Assembly: GCA_965221905.1 (NCBI GenBank)
Contig: OZ244922.1
Location: forward strand, 224,001 to 288,000
DNA: 64,000 nt
Direction of reading: 5' to 3'
Origin: Chloroflexota bacterium
GTDB taxonomy: Bacteria > Chloroflexota > UBA11872 > VXOZ01
Shown: positions 48,405-57,765 of the stretch, piece after piece
Layout of the letters: each line of letters starts with the position of its first letter
How positions within the stretch are numbered: position 1 is the first letter of the stretch
Notes under the pieces: model-generated
What the model was told of the DNA's origin: nothing
The model's input: only the letters and a program-made list of their open reading frames with translations
Database searches by the model: none
Translations under genes and position numbers: made by a program

Positions 48405-48977
48405 CTAGATTCGTTCCACCTGCAGGAAATCCAGTTCCACCGGTGTTTCGCGTCCGAAGAACGAGACCATCACGCGCACGCGGCCGCGCTCTTGGTTGGC
48501 GTCGTCCACGGTACCGTAGAACTCGGCAAACGGCCCATCGACAATCTTGACGCGGTCGCCCTTACGCAGCACCACGTGCGTTTGCGGCGTCTCTTCCTCA
48601 CCGCGCTTGAGTACCTTATCTACTTCCTCATCGGCAAGCGGCACCGGTTGGTGGTCGTCCCGGCCGGAGCTTACGAAGCCGGTTACTCCCGGCGTGTTGC
48701 GTACGATAAACCAGGATTGATCGGTCTGCTGCATGCGCACCAGCACATAGCCGGGAAAGAGCTTGCGTTCCACGTCGCGGCGCTGGCCCTGCTTGATCTC
48801 TACCTCTTTCTGCGTAGGCACCACCACGTCGAAGATCATGTCCTTGGCGTCCATGGATTCGATGCGCTTGAGCAGGTTTTCGCGCACTTTGTTCTCGTAT
48901 CCGGAGTAGGTGTGTACCACGTACCAGCGGGGGGGTTGCTCTGCCTGCTGTTGGGTGTCTTCTATTTCCAATGCCAT
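48405..48977 (-). CDS. nusG: Transcription factor NusG
   Basis: WYVVHTYSGYE, FPGYVLV, VRNTPGVTGFV, KOW DGPF, FGRETPVEL. Confidence 0.98.
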   Translation of the reverse strand: MALEIEDTQQQAEQPPRWYVVHTYSGYENKVRENLLKRIESMDAKDMIFDVVVPTQKEVEIKQGQRRDVERKLFPGYVLVRMQQTDQSWFIVRNTPGVTGFVSSGRDDHQPVPLADEEVDKVLKRGEEETPQTHVVLRKGDRVKIVDGPFAEFYGTVDDANQERGRVRVMVSFFGRETPVELDFLQVERI

Positions 48978-48991
48978 GGTGTTGAAGTCCT

Positions 48992-49282
48992 TTAGGTCCC
49001 CTGTTGGACGAGTAGTGCGAATAGTTTGGCAAAGATATAGTCTACACCGCTCAGGAAGACGCCGGTAACCAAGCTCACCGCAATGACGACGAGTGTAAGG
49101 TTGAGTGCGGTCTCGCGGGTGGGCCAGTGCGCCTTCTTCAATTCGCCGTACGCTTCATGCAGAAACGTTACCGAAGGCCGAAGGAAGCGCGGCAACCGGC
49201 TGCTCGGCGGCACTACCTTGCGGCTGCGAGAATGCTGCCGCGAAGCCTGCCCTCGGCTTGGTGTGGACCAGGGTACTCTCAT
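48992..49282 (-). CDS. secE: Preprotein translocase SecE
   Basis: [10 protein letters not shown] followed by single TM and D..F. Confidence 0.93.
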   Translation of the reverse strand: MRVPWSTPSRGQASRQHSRSRKVVPPSSRLPRFLRPSVTFLHEAYGELKKAHWPTRETALNLTLVVIAVSLVTGVFLSGVDYIFAKLFALLVQQGT

Positions 49283-49449
49283 CGTGTTTCTCGATGTGCG
49301 AGATGCTTCTGGCAGTAGCGGCAGTACTTGCGCAACTCCAAGCGGTCAGTGACTGTCCGCCGGTTCTTGCTCGTGGCGTAGTTGCGCCGCCGGCATTCCA
49401 CACATGCCAGTGCTATCACACTACGGTCTTCTCGTCCTTTGCGTGCCAT
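49279..49449 (-). CDS. rpmG: 50S ribosomal protein L33, Zn-binding type (56 aa, absent from ORF track)
   Basis: [56 protein letters not shown]; ATGA overlap with secE. Confidence 0.95.
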   Translation of the reverse strand: MARKGREDRSVIALACVECRRRNYATSKNRRTVTDRLELRKYCRYCQKHLAHRETR

Positions 49450-49483
49450 GAACGTGCACTTCTCCTAATCGCGTAGCGAAAGC

Positions 49484-50686
49484 CTACTCCAGGATTTTAG
49501 TCACGACACCGGCGCCGACAGTACGGCCGCCCTCGCGGATAGCGAAGCGGACGCCTTCTTCGAGGGCGACGGGGTTGATGAGGTGGATAGTCATGGTGAT
49601 ATTATCGCCGGGCATGGTCATTTCTACGCCGTCGGGGAGGGCGATAGAGCCGGTGACGTCGGTAGTACGGACGTAGAATTGGGGACGATAGCCAGGGAAG
49701 AAGGGAGTATGCCTGCCGCCCTCATCGCGGCTGAGGACATAGACCTCGGCCTCGAAGAGGGTGTGCGGGGTGATGGACTTCGGAGCGGCGAGTACCTGGC
49801 CGCGTTGGACATTATCTCTTTCGACGCCGCGCAGGAGGCAGCCGACGTTATCGCCCGCCTGGCCGGAGTCCAAGATTTTACGGAACATTTCGACGCCGGT
49901 AACGACGGAGGATTGGATATCGCGCTGGATGCCGATGATTTCGACGACCTCGCCGGTATTGACCTGGCCGCGTTCGATACGGCCGGTGACGACGGTACCG
50001 CGGCCCTTGATGTTGAAGACATCTTCGATAGGCATCAGGAAGGGCTGGTCGATAGCGCGGGCAGGAGTAGGGATATAGTCGTCTACAGCTTCCATGAGTT
50101 CGAGGATGGAGGCGTAGGCGTCATCGGAGGCGTCGTCGCTGCCGCTTTCGAGCGCTTGGAGAGCGCTGCCGCGGATGACGGGGACATCGTCGCCAGGGAA
50201 GTCGTACTTAGAGAGGAGTTCACGGACCTCGAGTTCGACGAGTTCGAGGAGTTCCTCATCGTCGAGCATATCGCATTTATTGAGATAGACGACCATGGCG
50301 GGGACTTCGACCTGGCGAGCGAGAAGGACGTGTTCGCGAGTTTGCGGCATGGGGCCGTCGGGAGCGGACACGACGAGGACAGCGCCGTCCATTTGCGCAG
50401 CGCCGGTGATCATATTCTTGATGTAATCGGCGTGGCCGGGGCAGTCGACGTGAGCGTAATGGCGGTTAACGGTCTCGTACTCGACGTGAGCGATAGCGAT
50501 AGTGATACCGCGCTCGCGTTCTTCGGGAGCGTTATCGATGCTGTCAAAGGGGGCAAAGTCGGCGCCGCCCTGCAGCGCAAGCACCTTAGTGATCGCTGCG
50601 GTGAGCGTGGTCTTGCCGTGATCGATATGCCCAATCGTGCCGATATTTACGTGCGGCTTGGTTCGTTCAAATCGCTCCTTCGCCAT
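49484..50686 (-). CDS. tuf: Elongation factor Tu
   Basis: [31 protein letters not shown]. Confidence 0.99.
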   Translation of the reverse strand: MAKERFERTKPHVNIGTIGHIDHGKTTLTAAITKVLALQGGADFAPFDSIDNAPEERERGITIAIAHVEYETVNRHYAHVDCPGHADYIKNMITGAAQMDGAVLVVSAPDGPMPQTREHVLLARQVEVPAMVVYLNKCDMLDDEELLELVELEVRELLSKYDFPGDDVPVIRGSALQALESGSDDASDDAYASILELMEAVDDYIPTPARAIDQPFLMPIEDVFNIKGRGTVVTGRIERGQVNTGEVVEIIGIQRDIQSSVVTGVEMFRKILDSGQAGDNVGCLLRGVERDNVQRGQVLAAPKSITPHTLFEAEVYVLSRDEGGRHTPFFPGYRPQFYVRTTDVTGSIALPDGVEMTMPGDNITMTIHLINPVALEEGVRFAIREGGRTVGAGVVTKILE

Positions 50687-50849
50687 CGTTTCCTTCCTCT
50701 AACCTTATGAAACTTCACTCAATGTTCTACAGTGCGCGCAAGACATCGGGGGCTGCGCCCGTCGCTGCCTCTAATGAATGCATGAACGGTAGGTGCTGCT
50801 CGAGAAACCTCCGAGTTCCCTCATTTGCGCGCTGCACTCTAACCGCCGG

Positions 50850-50922
50850 AGCCCACAACCGGAATTGAACCGGTGACCTCGATCTTACCAAGATCGCGCT
50901 CTACCGACTGAGCTATGTGGGC
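50850..50922 (-). tRNA. tRNA-Thr(GGT)
   Basis: GCCCACATAGCTCAGTCGGTAGAGCGCGATCTT-GGT-AAGATCGAGGTCACCGGTTCAATTCCGGTTGTGGGCT; followed by CCG, so CCA is not encoded. Confidence 0.96.
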
Positions 50923-51289
50923 AACCCTCTACATGCCAACCGTGAATTGCTATTCGCTCTTGTCATCGGTCGAGACTCACCGGTATGCCTTTGGACAGGC
51001 CACTGGGTCTTCCGTGAGCTTCTCCATTCGTTCGGTATCGCGAATACAGGTTTGGAGATAGAGAAGGCACGGTAACAGTCATCCGTGCCGTTTACCGCAA
51101 ACCCCAGCCTGCTTGCCGGCCCACCGTGTCCTTGGTTCGTTCCCGCTTGCTTGCTTCTACCATCCCGAATGTGCCGGCCGATAGGTGTTCGGCAAGCGAT
51201 GCAGCGGGAAGCAACCTGCCGCACGAATGGGACTTTACCGTGAATCCCACACCTCACTAGGCCTATGCCATGAGGCACAGGCAGACTCA

Positions 51290-51318
51290 ATCATAGCAGA
51301 ACTACCTAGGCCTGTCAC
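51290..51318 (-). promoter_or_regulatory. Putative promoter of tRNA-Thr/tuf operon
   Basis: GTGACA-17 nt-TATGAT with extended -10 TG. Confidence 0.55.
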
Positions 51319-51557
51319 GCATTTGATTGTTAAGAACCGTCGCCAAGATTGCGGAAATAGCGATAAGGCATAGAGGAACAAGAGGTGCGTCACGCGCCGT
51401 CATTCCCGCGCAAGCGGGAATCCATCCTCTCGCCCTACGGAGAAATTCGCCCTTGCGGGAGTGCAGATTGGTATTTGATCTTTGACTTCCTCAATTGCCG
51501 GACTTAATGACCAAAGTAGAGCCGACTACGTCGCTCAAAGAATGGCTCGTTAGGTGC

Positions 51558-51601
51558 GGAGCTCTCCTCGCGCCATGGTAGCGCAGCACGAGGAGAGCTC
51601 C
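51558..51601 (-). terminator. Stable hairpin after the solute-binding protein gene
   Basis: ggagctctcctcg...cgaggagagctcc 13-bp stem; no U-tract. Confidence 0.5.
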
Positions 51602-51635
51602 AACTCAATCCAAGAAAACTTCGTGGACCGAGGCA

Positions 51636-52997
51636 CTAGCCCAGTTCGCCGTCTACGATGGTGTCCATGGCGGCTGTAGCCTCTTCGACGCTCGTCTCGC
51701 CGGACCAGATCTGGCCGAGATACGTGCCGTACGCTGGGCCGTAGATGGCGATCATGTTCGGGTTCTTCGGCAAGGCGCGCAGGTAGGTGAGGAAGTTTAG
51801 CACATTGTCAATGCCATCCGGCTGGCCGTCGGCATTGCGATACTCGTTCTCCGCCACCGGCGTGAACACGGGCACCGAGAGCGATACACTCAGCATGGCG
51901 AGGGCCCCCGGACGACCTGTAACGTGCTTGAGCAGTTCCCAGGCGGCGTCCTTCGCGCTGCTATCGCTATAGACCGCTTGCGCGTAACTGCCGGCAAAGG
52001 TCGTTCTGCCGGTCGGCCCTGCGGGAATGCCGATCACGTCCCACGCGAACGCCACGCGATCGCCGCGATAGCGGGACATGGCCGCGCCGGTGGTGACGAT
52101 GAGCGGAGCGATGCCGCCTTTGAATAGGTCGCCATCTACTTCGCCGGGTCTGGGGACAACCTGATGCTTGTGATAGAGGTCGGCCCTCCATTGCAGCCCG
52201 GCCCGCGTCTCTATGGACGACATGGTGGACTTGGTCGGATTCTCTTCGTCGTCGTAGGTGCTGCCACCCGCCATCCAGATCCACGGCGTGTTGGGGTTGA
52301 AGCCCCGCGGCACCGTGGCGACCCCAAACTGCTTCTGGGAGCCCGCGCCCGTCGTCAGCCTACGCGCGAGCGTAAGGAAGTCGTCCCACGTCCACGAATC
52401 TTGCGGGTACTCTTCGCCGAGCTTGTTCATCAAGTCTTTGTTGTAGACGACGATGAGACTATTGACGTAGTGGGGCATTGCCATGAGGTTGCCTTGCAAG
52501 CGGTGGGCGTTGATTGCCCGTTCGGCATACTCAGTAATGTCCACCTGGTCGCGTGCAATCAGACTGTCAAGCTCCGCCGCCAGTCCGGCTGTGCCGATGT
52601 TCGCCAGCCAAATGGGACTGCAGTTGAAGATGCCGATGTCCCTTTCACCGGCGGCGAGGCCGGTGCGCACTTTTTCAATGCAGGCCTGTTGGTTGCCGGG
52701 CACAATGACGTACTCGGCCTGGAACGCATCGTTCTGCTTGTTGAAGTCATCAACGAGTCCCTCTTGCACGGGGTCAAAGCTGCCGCCGCCGTAGGATGCG
52801 GAGAACCACTTTGCCACCTGAACTTCGGGCTCTTTGGGTTCTTCCACTGCCGGAGCTGCCTTTTCTTCCATCTTTGCTTCCGTCTCTGCGGCGGGTGTTG
52901 CGACTGTGCCACACGCAGCAAGCGGCAGCAGGGCGCTTGCGCCGGCCAGCCCCGCCAGTATGCGCCGACGGCTGAGGGTAAGCGATGTTGCTTTCAT
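51636..52997 (-). CDS. Sugar-type extracellular solute-binding lipoprotein, Tat-exported (orphan)
   Basis: SRRRIL, LAAC; YNKDL, WTWDDF, AAWELLK. Confidence 0.88.
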   Translation of the reverse strand: MKATSLTLSRRRILAGLAGASALLPLAACGTVATPAAETEAKMEEKAAPAVEEPKEPEVQVAKWFSASYGGGSFDPVQEGLVDDFNKQNDAFQAEYVIVPGNQQACIEKVRTGLAAGERDIGIFNCSPIWLANIGTAGLAAELDSLIARDQVDITEYAERAINAHRLQGNLMAMPHYVNSLIVVYNKDLMNKLGEEYPQDSWTWDDFLTLARRLTTGAGSQKQFGVATVPRGFNPNTPWIWMAGGSTYDDEENPTKSTMSSIETRAGLQWRADLYHKHQVVPRPGEVDGDLFKGGIAPLIVTTGAAMSRYRGDRVAFAWDVIGIPAGPTGRTTFAGSYAQAVYSDSSAKDAAWELLKHVTGRPGALAMLSVSLSVPVFTPVAENEYRNADGQPDGIDNVLNFLTYLRALPKNPNMIAIYGPAYGTYLGQIWSGETSVEEATAAMDTIVDGELG

Positions 52998-53526
52998 TCG
53001 AAGACTCCCTTTTGTGAAACAACAGATGCCAAGTGTACGTGCCAGGAGCATTCACTTGTCCTGCGTGTGCGAGAGATGCGTGGCCGCGCGGATTCTCTAG
53101 GGACGTCTGGTGGATTGGGCAGAAGGGCTTGCGGCAGAGCAACCGAGCAGACGAGGCCATCTCCCTCTCACGCTGCACGAGCGATGATGCAGAAGCCTAT
53201 GGAGCTATGCCTCCTTTCTGCGAGCATGCCGGCTCGTTTCCGCTGTACTCACTAACACTGAGAGGCAATACGATTGACTTGTAGTCTAGCGTACGCTTGA
53301 AGTCTTGTCTAGATGCGTAGTGCGAATTGGCAAAGGATTCGCTTTGGGCTGCCCGGCTATTCACTTTGCGCGGCTTGGAGAGCAATTCACCACGTGGGTA
53401 GTGCTATCATTGCACCGAGGTGTCTGAAGGCGGCAGGTAGAATTTTTGACTCGACGCCGGATGGGCATGAGTCGCAGCGAATTCAGCTCTCCGGCGGGGC
53501 TGCTACGGAGTGGTAGGCACGATACT

Positions 53527-54024
53527 GTGAGCAACGCGACTCTCAAAAAGCATACGCAAAGCGGGGCCGATTTCTCAGAGTGTGGGCGCTACCGCTACAA
53601 GCTCTGGCGGTTGTGGGACGATGTCCGCCCGGTCGTCATGTTTATCATGCTCAACCCGTCAACGGCCGATGCCACGGCTGATGACCCGACCATACGACGC
53701 TGCATCGGCTTTGCCCACGCTTGGGGCTACGGCGGCGTGCGCGTGGGTAACCTGTTTGCCTGGCGCACGCCCTACCCGCAGGCGTTGCGGTCTGCGCTCG
53801 ATCCCATCGGGCGGCACAACGACAGCGCCCTATGCGAACTTGCCGAGGGCGCCGCGCTGGTGGTTGCGGCGTGGGGCGTACATGGGATGTGGCTTGCACG
53901 AGCGCAGACCGTCCGCCAACGGTTCACCCGTCCTCTCCACGCGCTCGGTGTCACGAAGTCCGGTGAGCCGGCCCATCCGCTCCGTCTGCGGCGCACGTGC
54001 ACGCCCTTTCTGCTGGAGAGTTGA
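53527..54024 (+). CDS. DUF1643 family protein
   Basis: YRYKLWRLW, MLNPSTAD, DPTIRRC, NLFA, VAAWG, HPL. Confidence 0.85.
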   Translation: MSNATLKKHTQSGADFSECGRYRYKLWRLWDDVRPVVMFIMLNPSTADATADDPTIRRCIGFAHAWGYGGVRVGNLFAWRTPYPQALRSALDPIGRHNDSALCELAEGAALVVAAWGVHGMWLARAQTVRQRFTRPLHALGVTKSGEPAHPLRLRRTCTPFLLES

Positions 54025-54161
54025 GGTCAGTTTGTTCGGTCGCTACTGCGGTTCGTTGTGCTTCCGACTCCCCATTTTCCGACTGCCCAGGCAGTGCAGG
54101 GCAGTGCTCCGGCGCCACTACGCTAGAATTACTAAGATGACAGATAGAATAATGAGCGCTG

Positions 54162-54288
54162 ACAGCGATAGTCCGTTCGTGCTGAGCGCGCCTGTCCTGA
54201 GCTTGACGAAGGGGTCGAAGCGCGGAAAAGTGAGCGCCCATGAACGGTGCCAGCGATAGTCCGTTCGTGCTGAGCCTGTCGAAGCACA
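54162..54288. repeat. Two family-C REPs in tandem, the first with a nested insert
   Basis: cagcgatagtccgttcgtgctgagc occurs twice. Confidence 0.75.
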
Positions 54289-54320
54289 AGAGCCATCCCA
54301 ATTCATGTGGATCTACGTGA

Positions 54321-55820
54321 ATGCAACTCTCTGAAATTCTCGCCGCTGTGCCGGAAGCGCAGGTGCTCACCGGCACGCCGGATATCCCCATAACCCAGCT
54401 CTGTTACGACTCGCGTGAGGCGCAGGCTGGTGCGCTGTTCGTCGCGCTACAGGGACTGCAGCGCGATGGGCACGACTACGCCGCGGCCGCCGTGGACAAC
54501 GGTGCCGTGGCTGCGCTCGTTACACGGCCGTTGGCACTGCCGGAGCATGTGACACAAGTCCTCGTGCCTGATACCTGGGTGGCGATTGGACAGGTGGCGG
54601 CAGCATTCTACGAGAATCCCTCAAGAGAGCTTTGCGTCATCGGCGTTACCGGCACCGATGGGAAGAGCACCACAGCGACCTTGATCGGTCACATCCTGCG
54701 CGCGTGCGGACACCCCACCGGCGTGATCACCACGGTTGCCTTTCACGACAGCCGGCGGGAGTTTCCCAACGAGACGCGCCTCACCACCCAGCACGCGTCC
54801 GACCTGCAGCGCATGCTGCGGACAATCCGGGAGCAGGGCGGTACTCATGCGGTGGTGGAAGCGAGTTCCCACGGCCTGGCGCTCCACAAGCTCGACGCGG
54901 TCCAGATCGACGCCGCCGTGCTGACAAACCTCACCCACGAGCACCTGGACTTCCATAAGACGCTGGCAGCGTACCGGGAAGCAAAGGGACGGCTCTTCGA
55001 GCGCGTGAATGCGCGTGAGCCAAAGCCGTTTCCCCGTGTGAGTGTGCTCAACGCCGACGACGAGCACTTACCGTATTACGCTGGGCTCCAACCGCCGGGA
55101 CTGCGCACGTATGGCTTTGCGGAGCAGGCGGATGTGCGTGCTGCGGACGTGGCGCTCGGCGCGGACCACACCGGGTTTACGGCGGTCACGCCTGAGGGTC
55201 AAGCGCATGTGTGCTCGCCGCTGGTCTGCCGCTTCAACGTAGCGAACACGCTTGCCGCGCTAGCCGTGGTTACGGGGTTGGGCGTGCCGCTCGACGCGGC
55301 TGCGGCTGCGGTAAGCACGTTCCCAGGAGTGGCCGGCCGCATGCAGGTGATCAGTGCCGGTCAACCGTTTGCCGTAATCGTAGACTACGCCCACACGCCC
55401 AACAGCCTGCGCCTCGTGCTCGATGCCCTGCGCAGCGTGACACCGGGGCGGCTGGTGGTGGTCTTTGGCAGCGCGGGCGAGCGCGACGTGGAGAAACGGG
55501 CGCTCATGGGCGCAATCGCGGCGGAACACGCCGACTACTTCGTGATCACCAGCGAAGACCCGCGCAGCGAGGACCCCGGCGAAATCTGCCGCGCCATCGA
55601 GGAAGGCGCTTTGCAGGCCGGCTGCGTGTTCGGCCGCGACTACAGCATGAGCGTGGACCGTACCCAGGCCTTCCGTATCGCGTTCAAGCAGGCGCGACCG
55701 GGCGATACCGTGCTCCTGGCAGGCAAAGGCCACGAGCATTCGATCATATGGGGCGAGAAATCGCTGCCCTGGGACGAGGCGCGCATCGCTGCGGAGACGT
55801 TGGTGGATATGTTCGCCTAG
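54321..55820 (+). CDS. murE: UDP-MurNAc-dipeptide:diamino acid ligase
   Basis: GVTGTDGKSTT, EASSHGL, TNLTHEHLDFH, DYAHTP, SEDPR, AGKGHE. Confidence 0.95.
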   Translation: MQLSEILAAVPEAQVLTGTPDIPITQLCYDSREAQAGALFVALQGLQRDGHDYAAAAVDNGAVAALVTRPLALPEHVTQVLVPDTWVAIGQVAAAFYENPSRELCVIGVTGTDGKSTTATLIGHILRACGHPTGVITTVAFHDSRREFPNETRLTTQHASDLQRMLRTIREQGGTHAVVEASSHGLALHKLDAVQIDAAVLTNLTHEHLDFHKTLAAYREAKGRLFERVNAREPKPFPRVSVLNADDEHLPYYAGLQPPGLRTYGFAEQADVRAADVALGADHTGFTAVTPEGQAHVCSPLVCRFNVANTLAALAVVTGLGVPLDAAAAAVSTFPGVAGRMQVISAGQPFAVIVDYAHTPNSLRLVLDALRSVTPGRLVVVFGSAGERDVEKRALMGAIAAEHADYFVITSEDPRSEDPGEICRAIEEGALQAGCVFGRDYSMSVDRTQAFRIAFKQARPGDTVLLAGKGHEHSIIWGEKSLPWDEARIAAETLVDMFA

Positions 55821-55891
55821 GGCCTTGCATATCCTATCTTGCTCACTGCCGCATCCACCGGACCACTGGTCAACTCTACGATCAGACTCAC

Positions 55892-56884
55892 TTACCAGAA
55901 CTCGACAGGGCCTGGATCGGTTCGGCGCTCCGTGGCTCCACCTGCCTGGATGTGCACGATATCGTTGGTCACGTCATAGCGGATATCGGAGTTCATAATT
56001 TCGCCCTTGAGCGCAGAGTATCCGGTGCGACCCCAGTGCGCTGTCACGCCGTCGCCCACCGGCCGCTTGATAGAGACGTGCCAGGTCGGAATGTCGATCG
56101 GCCTGATCCGCAACGCAGACTCTATCGTGCTGAACCCGTAAATCTCCATGGTGCTGTACACGAGTGCTTGAATTACACTCTTGCCGCCCTGCAGCGGGAA
56201 TTTGAGCGAGCCGATCCAGGTGGTGTCATCGGTGCTGAGGTCCGTAATCCAGAGCCCGAACCACATGCCATCAGGGTCCTGGGGCACAGATTCATCGGGC
56301 GCTAGCCGCACGCGATAGTCTCCCGCTCCCCAGACGTAGGAGCGCCTCACGCCGATGAAGTCTCCCTCGTGGCCGGACGATTCAGTCCAGCCGTCCTCTT
56401 GCGCGTAGCGTGCGTTCGCGAGGTCGCGGGTGCTCCAGCGGGAGAAGATCAGACCCTTGCCGCGCGAAAGCGAAGTTTCAGGATCTTTCATGTCAGTCTG
56501 CAATCCAAAGTAGAAATACACACCCGAGATATTGCTATAGGCAAGCATCAAGTAGAGGCCGTTGCCGCCTCCCAACGGCTCAACGTCGTTTTGGATCGTG
56601 AACTCTATCACCAACTCTTCAAACTCATCGAGCCTATTCCCCTCTGAATCACTGCGTTGAATCCACCCCCACCAGATATGTGCCATATGCTCAGGTAGAT
56701 CTCGCATCTGGTAGAGATCGGCGCGCCCTGGAATCTGCGTCGGCTTGGGCGCGGGAGTGGCGGCTGCCGGCACGGAAGCAGGCGCGGCCTGGGCGCACGA
56801 CACGACCAGCAAGAGTGCGAGATTGCGGCAGAGGAGCCATAAGCGCTTCATCGGGGACACTTTCGCGGTGAGGAGCTTGGGCAC
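55892..56884 (-). CDS. Hypothetical secreted or lipoprotein, beta-rich
   Basis: Signal with VVSC, Ala/Pro linker, aromatic beta-strand pattern; start may be the internal MKRLW. Confidence 0.7.
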   Translation of the reverse strand: MPKLLTAKVSPMKRLWLLCRNLALLLVVSCAQAAPASVPAAATPAPKPTQIPGRADLYQMRDLPEHMAHIWWGWIQRSDSEGNRLDEFEELVIEFTIQNDVEPLGGGNGLYLMLAYSNISGVYFYFGLQTDMKDPETSLSRGKGLIFSRWSTRDLANARYAQEDGWTESSGHEGDFIGVRRSYVWGAGDYRVRLAPDESVPQDPDGMWFGLWITDLSTDDTTWIGSLKFPLQGGKSVIQALVYSTMEIYGFSTIESALRIRPIDIPTWHVSIKRPVGDGVTAHWGRTGYSALKGEIMNSDIRYDVTNDIVHIQAGGATERRTDPGPVEFW

Positions 56885-56922
56885 ACTCTACCACGAGTTG
56901 TCACAGCGCCCTGAGCGCGTGG

Positions 56923-57103
56923 TAGACAGCGCGCGCGCCTGTATTGTATGATGTTTTGCAAGAGAAAGGAGGTGATGCCCATGGATGTAAGTTGTAAATC
57001 CAGGGCCGCCTCCGTTAGGTCTCGGTAACGAGACTACGGAGCGGCCGTTGGGAAATGAAGGAGCGCTATCGGTGCACGTGCACCGGGCGCTCCTTCTGTT
57101 TAT
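56923..57103 (+). other. Candidate small transcription unit: promoter, extended SD, 15-codon ORF (56981-57028), terminator
   Basis: TAGACA-18-TATGAT; AGAAAGGAGGTGAT; MDVSCKSRAASVRSR*; hairpins 57004-57045 and 57057-57096 plus tgtttat. Confidence 0.55.
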
Positions 57104-57318
57104 CTGTGCCGTTGTGGTGACGAATTTGGAAGCAAGCCTATGCATCCATCATTCCTACACACGATGGGGGCTAGGTAGTCCAACAACAATGGAATGACGT
57201 GCATTTGCCCTTGGCGTTACTGCCCGGCAACGCGGCGAAGAGGCGCAGGTTGCGCGCACGTCCCGTACGAACCTACGCTACCGGCGCTCCCGCCCATTGA
57301 GACAATCGTGTCGAACCA

Positions 57319-57369
57319 CTAGGCGTGTATGGCGATGACTCTCGTTAGCAGGGGGAAGTCATGCGTCAT
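57319..57369 (-). pseudogene. Remnant of Doc/Fic-type toxin 5' end
   Basis: ATGA overlap with antitoxin stop; MTHDFPLLTRVIAIHA* resembles Doc-family N-terminus. Confidence 0.45.
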
Positions 57370-57593
57370 TCGGCAAGCAACTTGGCGAGTTGGCGGTTCT
57401 TCTCAACGCTTGCTTGGAAATGCGCCATGACAGCCGCGCGGGGTTTCTCTTGCGTGCGCGATTCTATGTAATCGCGCATGGCATCTTCCAACACTGCCTG
57501 GAAGTGCCTTCCGTCCTGCTTGGCAAGTGCCCGCAGGCTAGCCAAGAGATCGGGATCAGCCTGGCTGGAGAATTTCTCCCGTGGCTTAGCCAA
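57366..57593 (-). CDS. Ribbon-helix-helix antitoxin-like protein
   Basis: KFSSQAD..LL..LR.LA..DGR..QAVLEDA...Y; C-terminal helix. Confidence 0.7.
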   Translation of the reverse strand: MAKPREKFSSQADPDLLASLRALAKQDGRHFQAVLEDAMRDYIESRTQEKPRAAVMAHFQASVEKNRQLAKLLAE

Positions 57594-57765
57594 AATTCAC
57601 TTCCTACCTAGATTACAGTAGGGGCGGTTCGCGAACCGCCCCTACAATGTTTATTCACTAACTGACGGACAGATCAACCAGGCATTTCGCGAGATGCAGA
57701 AGGCCCCCGGTCCTTATCCAAGTCTCTGCAGAAGCATGGAGGTAATGTAAGCCTGAGGCATCAGT

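Noticed and set aside
50923-51290. RNase P, tmRNA or SRP identity for the structured leader
   Set aside because: Only a partial GGTAAAGTCC resemblance; no RNase P 3' motif, tmRNA termini or SRP loop seen. Kept as an unnamed candidate.
55211-56305. 364-aa plus-strand ORF spanning the murE end and the next gene
   Set aside because: Out-of-frame overlap with murE and antisense to the lipoprotein; Arg/Gly-rich composition typical of a spurious ORF.
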